From Lytechinus pictus (lineage: Eukaryota), in contig NC_087250.1 in NCBI RefSeq assembly GCF_037042905.1, positions 8,558,001-8,622,000 of the forward strand: a DNA stretch of 64,000 nucleotides. The letters run 5' to 3'. The position numbers and the translations under genes were made by a program. How positions within the stretch are numbered: the stretch's first letter is position 1; each line of letters begins with the position of its first letter. The notes beneath the pieces are model-generated. The model worked only from the letters and a program-made list of their open reading frames with translations. It was not told the origin of the DNA and searched no databases. Of this stretch, positions 48,284-60,200 are shown piece by piece.

Positions 48284-51200
48284 CTGAGGTGAGTGAAATA
48301 TTTTTTGAGAAGAAACAAATGATAATATCTCATTGGTGGTGGTGATTAGAAAGAAATAGTGAGTTTTCGCAATTGCAACGGGGACGGACTCTACGACATA
48401 GTAGATCTATTAAAAAAGCCCCTAAGAGCTCCATGCACAGCTTAGAGGTCTTTGTCGAAAATTAGTGATCGGGACGGGTATTGTTCTGAGCTGAGAAAAA
48501 AATAGCAAATATGTCGTATGTCCGGAGTCATGGGCGACACTATTGATCTGATTTACCGATTTTCGACAAAGAATGCTTTGTCATGAACGGCTGTCGACAA
48601 TAGATGCTCTTCGTCCCAGAAAGCGTCTGCGTATAGTGGTTGCAAAAGCTCCCTAATGATTTCAGGGGCCGCGGTGAGGGTGTGTATGCATTGGCGGAAA
48701 TCACAGGGGGGACACGTCCTCCCTACCCAAAATAGTAGGGGGGACACAATATTAAATGTCCCCATACTATTTTTGGTCTTTTATGATGGAAAGAAATACA
48801 TCATTCAAAATCGAAATAAAACATGTATTTTGGACGAGATGACCTTACTTTTTGGGTGATAACCTTTTTTTGCTTGTCAAATTTTCCAGCACCTGGTCCC
48901 CCTACCTTTGGGGAGAGATTTCCGCCCTTGTGTGTATGTGTGTTAAGGGAGGGGGGGGGGTGGCCACTCAAAAGACACACAATCAAATGGTTATTTATAC
49001 GTTTTATACACGTTTATTGAAAATATCAATTTACCAAAATATTTGGATTTTAATTTTTTTATTTTTTTTATCTTCAACATTGTTGGCGAGTGAGTTACGG
49101 TTGTTTCCTTCACCTTTTACAGGTATTTGGGGGGAGAACTCACGGTAAACATGAAATATACAGGAAGTGAAATCGATTTTCCTTTTCTTAATCATTTCTG
49201 GCTTCCCATAGTTTTAGCACAGACTTGGTCCTATATACTCTGGCCGACGTAGATCCAGTTGATAATACGGGCAAAAGAATTCGGAGTAACACAAACTTAC
49301 CAGTTTCGCACAATATCCCTTCGATATCATCTGGGCAGAAGCACTGATTGTCCGTACATGTGCCATTATTTTGACAGGTAATTTCGGTACAGTCCACTAT
49401 GGATAAAGGGTTTATAAGACGAAAATGATGAAAAAAAATGGTAAAACTCAAATCTAAAATTGCTACAATTAATAAAAGTTTGAAGGAAGAAATGACAGAT
49501 TTCACAGAGAGGGGTAAGAGACATGTTAAAAGTTAGAAAACCGTATATGATGCAAATATTTTAAGTGCATGACGTCATGACTTTTCATGTTAGAAATATA
49601 TACAGAAATATTTTTTTCATATATATATGTACAAATCAAATTCAATTCCAATTTATTTACATTTTTGATAAAAAGGAAAGAGAATTAACAGAAACAATGA
49701 TAAAACAATGATAACAGCGTTGTCAAAACATAGCATGAACGTTGACCCAAAAGAACCAGAACACAGAATCGATATATTTTGTGAAAGACACCTATGACGA
49801 AACACGGATATTACCTTGGCACGTGAATCCGTCCCCAACTGTTATAAAACCAGTCCGACAGGTACAGTAGTATCCTCCTTTCGTGTTCACACATACGCCA
49901 TATTCCGGGTCACAAACAGAACTTTGGCATTCATTTATATCTTCACAGCGTTCATCTCCGGCTAGTGTGAACCCGCTGTCGCAGATGCATTTATAGATGC
50001 CGTTGGCCTCGATGCATTCGCCATTGTCACACTTCCGGCAGTTTGCGTGGACTTAGTGAGAAAGGGAGAAAGTGAGAGAGAGATAGAGGGGAAAGTGATT
50101 ATTAATAGATCATTAGAATAAACATTAATCAAATGCACCTTTTATCCCTTCTGTTAAAACAATTACAAACAATAAAAAGGGTAATTTAACACATGTTGAA
50201 GGCGTGAACAGTCTTTTCCAGGTAAGCCTAAAATTGAAAGAAAATGGACAACTAATAATCAATTTCATGGATAAATATTGCATGGATACACTCTTTTGAG
50301 GTTCTTATCTTTGCATAGTGCATTTGAAAGAAAGAAATATGTGTCATGATTTGAAACCAGTTTTGACGCACGTTTGCTCACTCCCTGCCCACTGTGCGAA
50401 GCAGAACAATAACTTTCTCCATAAATGTCATGAAACGTGTTTTCACCTATCAAAATATTTTGCATTATAAACGTGCAAATGATTTTTAATCAATGAAATG
50501 GAAGACGAGTAAAAAGGGTAACATACCTAAACACGTGACGCCATCAAATCCAAGAGCGTATTCCTCTTGACAGTCGCAGAGGGCTGATCCGTTGTTGTTA
50601 TGGCAGATACCACGCATCGCGTCGCACGGGTAGTCTTCACCGCGTAAACCACACGGATTCAATCCTGGTGGTTATATCAGTAAATAAAAAGCTCAAGAAG
50701 TGTTTATAAGCGTGCCTTATGAGGCGTTGCGAGAAACGTGCGATCAGTTGCAAGTCTATTTTAGGCCCTTAAATCATTAATTTATAAATTAATAATCAAC
50801 TGTTAATGACTTTGAATTCATTTGGTTTATTTCATTTCAATATTTACACTTTTAACATAAAAAAAAAAAAAATACAAATTAATCAAGCTTACACTTTTAA
50901 ATTGGTAACAACCCAAGTGGGGGGGGGGGCGCTTCCATTGACGAATGGATACCATGCGCGACCATGGGGTCTCGAAAAGCACCATAAACACGTATTTTCC
51001 ATCTTCTGAAAATGCACCCCTTAAAGGTCAAGTCCACCTCAGAAAAATGTTGATTTGAATCAATAGAGAAAAATCAGACAAGCACAATGCTGAAAATTTC
51101 ATCAAAATCGGATGTAAAACAAGAAAGTTATGACATTTCAAAGTTCGGCTTATTTTTAACAAAATAGTTATATGAAAGAGCCAGTTACAGTCAAATGAGA

Positions 51201-54200
51201 GAGTTGATGACGTCACTCACTCACTATTTCTTTTGTTTTTTATTGTTTGAATTATACAATATATCAATTTTTACGAATTTGACGATTAGGACCTCCTTGC
51301 CTGAAGCACAAAATATTAAAATAATGGAATTCCAAGTGTTCAGGGAGGAATGAAACTTCATTTCACATGACAATGATGAGAAAATACAAATATTTCATAT
51401 TTCATATAATAAAATACAAAAGAAATAGTGAGTGAGTGATGTCATCGACTCTCTCATTTGGATGTAACTGGCTCGTTCATATAACTATTTTGTTAAAAAT
51501 AAGCGGAAATTTGAAATGTCATAACTGTCTTATTTTACATCCGATTTTGATGAAATTTTCGGCATTGTGCTTGTCTGATTTTTCTCTTTTTATTCAAATC
51601 AAGTTTTTGTTTGGGTGGACTTGTCCTTTAACAAGTATCGGCGTGTAAAACCCTACCCTTAACAATTATTGGAAACAAAACGATACTCATGGCAATTATT
51701 CCCTGAATTGGACCCCTAAACAAGTACAGTGACATTTTAATCGGTCGTCGGTTTTACCTAATTTACCTACATCATTGGGTTTAGTACAGCCCAACCTCCC
51801 CACACCTCGCGCAAATCGTACTCTAAACACGTAGTGTTGACTCTCGGGGAAAAAAGTACATCCTTTATAAAACATTTTAGCCTCAATTTTTTTACCGTCG
51901 CAAATTTGACCCTAAACACGTAGCTTTCCTAGCGAAAATAGATACCCTTTTTTTCATTATCTCAGTGTTTTAAACACCCTTATTATGTTCCGTACGTAAC
52001 GTGCCCAATCTTGAAAAAAGACATAATTTTTTCGTGTTTTTTTTTTGGTCGCGCATGGTATCCACTCGTCAATGTAAGTGCCCCCCCCCCCCGGGTAACA
52101 ACAATACAAACAATATACAATAAACAAAAGTAATTGATAAATCAAAATCTTTTTAAACGTAATTAAAGTATATAAATAGTTGTCTATGTATGCCAAAAAA
52201 GAAAGAAAAGATATGAAAAAAAAGAGACCAGCTGAGAAGCGAGGCTTGTATTGTGATTGATTAAGGATCAAAGATTGTAATCTGGAGCCCATCTTACAAA
52301 GAGTTGTGATTGATCCAATCAATCGCAACTATGGAAAGCCAGCAAAGCCAACATATATAATGCATGTTTGCTCAAAAATTTCTCTACATATGAATGTATA
52401 TCCATAAAATAATTGATTACTTGACAATTTGGTGTGATCTTTGTTTGCCAAGGACATTTTGCAAATTTTCTGTACAAAAAATATGACACTGATATATTTC
52501 CCTAGGATTCTATACGATTGATTGGATCAACCGTAACTCTTTGTAAGACTGGGCCTTGATTTGCTCCAGCTAAAATTTAGTTATCACTTGTAGATTTGCA
52601 ACATAATATCTGGAGTTGATTGCTAATATTTAATATTTTTCTACGATTGATTCCATAGACTACATTGTACAATCAATCGTGAAAATCAAGCGTACTCCGT
52701 CCTGTGGAAGACCACTGAAAGACTTAAAATTGGTAAGGTCTTACAGCGGTCTTCAAGATCACTGAAATTTGTCATCTCTGTGGAATGGCTCAGAAGACCC
52801 CTCAAAGTACTTTGAAAGACTGATGGATATTTCTTGTCTTAGAGTTGTCCTATAGAGATCTTTTAATGGTCTTTCAGAGATCTTGTATACAACAAGTGAT
52901 CTTTCAGAATTCTTTCCATGGACTTTGCCTGGTCTTTCATTGATCTTGAATGATCTTTCAATGATCTCTCAAGAGTCTTATAGTGATCTCCGCAAAAATC
53001 TTGAGAGACTGCCGAAAGATCATTGAAAGACTATTAAGACCATTGAAAGTTCATCGAAAGACCACTGAAAGACTGCTGAAAGATCACTTAAAGACCATTT
53101 TCCTGTCAGACCGTTGTAAGACTGTTTGGAACCGTTTCAAACAGTTTTGGAGCCAATGAAGACCACGAAGACCACTGAAAGATTAGTCAGGACTCGTGTA
53201 AGACCTCAAAGACCATTGTAGGTTTATTGAGAGACCTCTGAAAGATCAACCAGAATTCATGGTCTTTCAAAGGTCTTTCAGCGGTCTTGTTCTCTGTGGA
53301 ATAACCTTTGTGTTAAGAGACCAGATCTGGCCCGTTGCAGAAAGAGTTGCAATGAAGCGCAACTTGATTTTCAACCAATCAACAGCGCGCATTTGGGACT
53401 TGTGATTGATTTTTTGACTTGCGTTTAAACGCAACTCCTTCTGCAACGGACCCCTGAATCTTTGTGAAACGCCCCCTTTCCCGATCAAATCAGATCATAT
53501 CAAATCACACTTAAAAGTGAAGTAAAATCATGCCTATTACAACACATCAGCATCAAATATTTGAATCAGATAAAATCACATAAACCCATTAAACCAAAAT
53601 CTCATAAAATTAAATCGAATCTCATCAAGATTACAAATGCTTGCTCTTACCACCGCTATTTAATGATGTTGTATTTCTCCCGGCCAGTGGCGTAGACAGG
53701 TTCGTACACCTGGGGGGGATGACTGGGCTGCCAACGCTAGTGAGGGCGCGAAGCGCCCGAGCGAGGGAGCGAAGTGACCGAGCGGGGGGAGGGTATGGGA
53801 GGGGGGTGTCCCCCCTCCCACGGTAGGGAGCTTTTGCAATTTTGAACTTGAAATCGTGCAATCTGATGCATACTTAATGAGGTAAAATAACACACACAAG
53901 CGCGCACGCACACACACACATAATCACACACACACACACACACCCTCACACACACACACACACACACCCGTGCGCGCACCACACACATACTACGCCTTGA
54001 ATGGACAGACATACATCGACAAGATCTACACACCGTGGCATATGAATACAGAATGGACTGACACATAGTATTGCATATTGAACCACACTACGTATTTATT
54101 TATCTCTGTGAATTTTGCTGTTACACCTCTTCAGAAAAAAACCAATGTCAACTGTGTACACGCAGGTATAGTCTTTGTTGTCTTGATATGGGTATGTGGT

Positions 54201-57200
54201 TATGAATGAAAACAGCCTCTGTGGCCATTTGTGAATAGAACACATAAACAACAAACAAATAACAATATGTCTGTTCATTATAAAGCATAATGAATACGTA
54301 CATACTATGCTTTTTTTTTTACCTCAAAGAAACAGGCATAGTATCCATAGATGGATATTGGCTGCCGGCTCATTAACATACAGATACAAAAAACATAAAA
54401 ACGGTATCACTATGATCCATGGAGTAACAATACTGCTTTGTAAGTTTGTGAAGAAATCGGAACCATAACGGCTAATAACAATAAACACAATTACAATAAT
54501 GAGGATTATTATTATCATCATCATAATTATTATTATTATTAATATTATAATCGTTATCATTATTATTATTACTATTATTATCATCATTATGACTTATTAA
54601 GTAACCAAATATCATTCCCCAAAACCTGGGGGGGGATGATTGTACATGCCATCCCCCCCACCTTGTGAGGTGGGGGGGATGCATCCCCCTCATCCCCCCC
54701 GTTGTCTACGCCCCTGCTCCCGGCATTGTTGCTGTCGGTGCTGTTGCCGGTGTTGTTGTTGCTTGTGTTGTTGGCTACGCAGTTGTATTCGAATCTGCCA
54801 CTAACACAGATGAGACCCTCTTGGCATGGAGATGAGCTGCAGTAGTTGACTGCCACATAAGCAGATAAGAAAGACATTTTCAAATGAGGACATTACCAAT
54901 AACATGTAGTATTAGCCTTTATTCATATAGACGAGCTCCAGTAGCCGACTGCCACACAAGCAGATAGGAAAGACATTTTCAAATGAGGGCGTGGCCAATA
55001 ACATGTAGTATTAGCTTTTATTCATAGACGAGCTGCAGTAGTTGACTGCCACATGAGTAGATAAGAAAGACATTTTCAAATGAGGACATGACCAAATAAC
55101 ATGTAGTATTAGCTTTTATTCATATCAAAATTCAGAGATATCAAAGATGCGAGAACAGGAGCATCGGGGAAAAAACTAACTTAATACATGCAGTGACCTA
55201 CGTAAGTCTTATGGGGAAAGACTGACTTAATACATGCAGTGACCTACGTAAGTCTTATGGGGGAAAGACGGACTTAATACATGCAGTGACTTGCCTAAGA
55301 CTTGCGTAAGTCTTATGGGGAAATACTGACTTAATACATGCAGTGACCTACGTAAGTCTTATTAGGGAAAGACGGACTTAATACATGCAGTGACTTGCCT
55401 ACGACTTGCGTAAGTCTTATGGGGAAAGACTGACTTAATACATGCAGTGACTTACGTAAGTCTTATTGGGGAAAGACGGACTTAATACATGCAGTGACTT
55501 GCCTACGACTTGCGTAAGTCTTATCGGGGAAAGACTGACTTATTAAATGCAGTGACTTGCTTAAGACTTACGTAAGTCTTATGGGGAAAGACTGACTTAT
55601 TACATGCAGTGACTTGCTTAAGACTTACGTAAGTCTTATGGGGAAAGACTGACTTAATACATGCAGTGACTTACGTAAGTCTTATGGGGAAAGACTGACT
55701 TAATGCATGCAGTGACTTGCCTAAGACTTGCGTAAGTCTTATGGAGAAAGACTGACTAAATGCATGCAGTGACTTGCGTAAGACTTACGTAAGTCTTATG
55801 GGGAAAGACTGACTTAATACATGCAGTGACTTGCCTAAGACTTGCGTAAGTCTTATGGGGAAAGACTGACTTAACACATGCAGTGACTTGCGTAGGTCTT
55901 ATGCGGAAAGACTGACTTAATATATGCAGTGACTTACGTAAGACTTAGGCCTACGTAAGTCTTTTGTGATAAACAAACGTAATTTCCGTTTATAGGCGAC
56001 TTTAACGGACATGTTCACAACTTTACCTTTAGTTTGGGCGATTCTGGATTCTTATTCTTTGTTACTCATTATTAAGATTTAATGTACGCAAAGACAGGGA
56101 TACCATTTTGGAATTCGCAGAGATAAATTAAGTATATCAACGATAGAAAAATGTAAGACAAATCTTTGAGTTCGACCTACCATGTTCGTCAATAAACACT
56201 TTCATATCCAGTATCCCCGCCAAACTTTGCTCGGTCCCACTCACTGTGATGTTTGTACGGAAGTCTTGATTGGTGGGATCGTTCAGGTGTAGATGGCCAA
56301 TCCCGCCTCGTTTATTATCTGCCCAGTAAATGATATAATTATAAACGACTATGTGCTCAGCGTAACCGATTAATATCGATATATTGGCGAGGGCGGTACG
56401 CACGTTGGTTTCCAAATTGTACCTCTCGACTGTTTGGCCACCGTTGATCCAGTATAGACAGTTATCTACAAGGAATAGAAGAAAAACAACACAACAATAT
56501 TGTCACTCTTTCTTGAAATTGAAATCTATTTCGGGAAATGGGGTAGGCTATGCCAACTGTTCAAAACCAATGGTAGGAGAAAAAAATCATGGTGTTTTAG
56601 AAATGACCTCGTGTTAGCCGATCGTGTTTAATGTGGAATTGATTCGTTTATTGTACAATAATATGAAAACTGGAAAGGAGCGATCCATATGATGTAGGCA
56701 CATCAATTAGCATTAAAAAGTTAAGAATCCTGAGAGAAATTTAGCACGACGTGGCCATTACACCATCCCCATAAAGCGCTCTTAATTTTTTTTTTTTAAC
56801 TCATGCGCTATTACATGTTTCTTTCCAATCTTCCTCCTCGTCTTTCATCTTTCTTCTTTGTGTGTAGATTTGATCATACTGTTCCTGTTCTTCTCGTTCT
56901 TCTTTTCCTCTTCTTCCTTTCTTTTTCCTTATTGGATTTGCTCTCAGAAAATGTAAAACAGTAGAGTTGTGCAAAACATGCAAACGAGGAAACGTCTACA
57001 AGGTGAACTTCAATGTTAGACTGATCGACTCATGTTGTCGCAAAATACAACCTTTCGTGTACTAGTAAACACTATCCTGTTTTCAGGAAACTGCCATAAA
57101 TGGAACTAACCAGGGGGCCGTTTCATAAAGCTGTTCGTAAGTTAAGACCGACTTTAAAAACGACTGGTTATACTTTCTTACGCGCTCAACCATCGCCAAT

Positions 57201-60200
57201 GAATATACCATTAACCATAAGAAAGGATCACCAGTCGCTCTTAAAGTCGCTCTTAACTTACGGAGAGCTTTATGAACCACCCACCAGTCCAATATGTGAC
57301 TTTCTCACGAAAGGTGGGGTAACGCGTTTACACGATCCGACGCGACTACCCGATGTTTTGAGACAAGCCCGTCCACCGACTCTTACCTTGGGCGTTTCTT
57401 GTGAAAGCAGTAACATTGACCAGGTCCGTATCAACAATGACCTCTTTATCTGTACCATCCACCTTTATTTCCATGATGCGATCTCCCTCAGAAAAATAGA
57501 GCTTTCTAGTCATAGACACATGGATGAAGAATGAAAAATGTACTCTTTCAGGGTGACCCATTCCCTTCCGGTATGACTTAAAAAAATAAAACTCGTTCAT
57601 ATATTGGTACCTCAACATTTTATCTTTACATCTTTATTTAGGATAAAAGAGCAATATTGATTAAATGCATGGCTCAGGGGCATAGGTGCCGTGGCCGGGG
57701 ATTGAACCTCAAACTTTCGCTTGTCTATGCAGGTCTATAGGCAGTTTATAATCACTCGCGTCGTGTGCGGGTTCGTAATCACTCGCGTTTTGAATTTTTG
57801 GCGATTTTTTTTTTATTTCGGTGCGATTTTTTTAAAACGGTGTCTTCAATGGGACAGACATGCAGGGAAAATAAAATGAAATTGAAATTCGAGTTTCGTT
57901 TTAAGCCGGCAATTAAGTGCCTTAAAATGAAATGTACTCGACTACTGTTTTAACATAACAAACAAGCAAATCAGCCATGTGGCTCAACTAACTTAGAATA
58001 GATCGGGACTTCTACTGTGTCTTATACGAGGACTCCGAGTCGGAACTTGCCATATCTGCCACACCGATATTACATCGTATCATTCCCATATGCGGACATG
58101 CCTGCATGCAATGGCCCCAAGGCGGCCGGACCCGGCCGCGGTCGGACACGACGTGCATCGGTAGCATGGAGCAAGCTAACGTGAGTCGAGCTGAGTTAGA
58201 TCCCACGTTATATATGAGGCGCCGATTGTACCAATATTATATAGAACAATTATTTGTTATATAATCATTATTCATTAAATAATAAAGCAATATTGACTGA
58301 CCTCGGGGCGATACGACATATATCGTCCAAACTAGATTTATATCGCCCGAGTCGTAGACGAGGGTGATATCAATTTAGTGAGGGCGATATGTCCTTTCGC
58401 CCCCAGGCCAGTCAATATTGCTATTATTAACCAAATCAGACATCTAGAGCAAAAATCGTTAAAATTTATATATTTTAAATTTTTAGAATGAGAATCTAGT
58501 TTATCAAGTTGAGCAGACTGGGCCTCTGAACTTTACCATTGTGACGTAATTGAAATGATGCGTCCCTGGCCTAGGGACGCAGTATCCATTATTATGACGT
58601 ATAGCACTGCGCGGTTCAAGGACGCGTGCAAAAACGCGTAGAATACCCGGATATTAGCGCTGCCTTTTATTGCCCGCTACATTTCCACGCATTTTCTCAT
58701 TCACTTTCCTGAGCGGGCAATAAATTGGGCCCGTGGATAAACAATTGGAATTTTATTGACCGGCCATTTGATCCCAGTCTTAAGCAGGCAACAATGTTTC
58801 AAAGTTGCCCTGCTCAGATGTCTGATACGTTTAATAATAACTATTATCACCCGTATCAGACATCTGAGCTGGTCATTTACAAAACCGCATTTCCCTGTAT
58901 TTTATTATTATCAGGAAGGGATAGGTATATTGTTTGTATTTTCCTCGGTTTCTATGCGCGTATTGACTTTGCATGCAGAGACGACGCAAAATATACCTTT
59001 GTATTTTCCCTGGTCTCACATCCGGGCCTTTGAGGATGCGAATGAAGTGATACGCTTCATAATGTTCCGCGCACCAACGATCTACGTCATAATAAAGACA
59101 ACGCTGGATCTGGGCGCTTGCAAGTACGTCATAATGGTAAAGAGCAGAGCCTAGACACTGATATTATCATGACACAACAGAACTCTATTCTTAAAAGATA
59201 TCACTGTTATCATGATTTTTGCTTTAGATATCTGATTTGGATGATAATAAAAATATTGACTGCCCTTCTTTCGGGGAACATCAAATATATTGCCCTTAAA
59301 AGACCCATATTGCCCTCGTCTAAAAACTCGGGCCAATATGATTCTTTTGCTGGCAATATATTTGATGTTCCCCTCAAGACCAGTAAATATTATATAAATA
59401 TTTATATATAATTTACATTTTATTTGTAAATAATTACTATTATATAAAATAACATTTCTAATTATTTATATATAATTCCAAGTAATTGTAAAATGTAAAT
59501 AATAATAGTTCGACATTCCATTATTTATAAATAATGATTATTTGTTTTTCATTATCTATAAATAATAATTTTTGTGTTTCATTATTTATAAATAATGACA
59601 CTGCATACTTCATTATTTATGAATAATTGCAATTCGTTTTTTTTATTATTTATAAATAAGTTTGTCGAGTTTTCTATTATTTATAAATGATAATTATCTA
59701 TTAACAATGCCAGTGCACATTTGTTTATTTATAAATAATTTGTTGAGTTTCCCAATATTTATAAATAATGAAAATTCATCGTGTTTCATTATTTACAAAT
59801 AACATTTTTGTTTGAATATCCCATTATTTATAAATAATCATTATTTATAAACAATAGAATGTCGAACTATTATTATTTACAAATAATGAAGTATTACTTG
59901 GAATTATATATAAATAATTAGAAATGTTATTTTATATAATAGTAATTATTTACAAATAGAATGTAAATTATATATAAATAATAGTTATTATCTAATGAAT
60001 AATGATTATGTAACAAATAATTGTTCTATATAATATTGGTACAATCGGCGCCTCATATGTAACGTGGGATCTAACTCAGCTCGACTCACGTTAGCTTGCT
60101 CCATGCTACCGATGCACGTCGTGTCCGACCGCGGCCGTGTCCGGCCGCCTTGGGGCCATTGCATGCAGGCATGTCCGCATATGGGAATGATACGATGTAA

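Noticed and set aside
53677..54724. Element acting as a precisely spliced introner (minus-strand TSD ends in AG)
   Set aside because: The donors I checked near the 5' end (GGC|GTAGAC, AAG|GTGGGG, CAG|GTTTTG) are phase 0, whereas that AG needs phase 2, so the frame would not be restored.
55166..55963. CRISPR-like array (regular palindromic repeats)
   Set aside because: No unique spacers (the whole unit repeats), no cas genes, and it lies in a eukaryotic intron.
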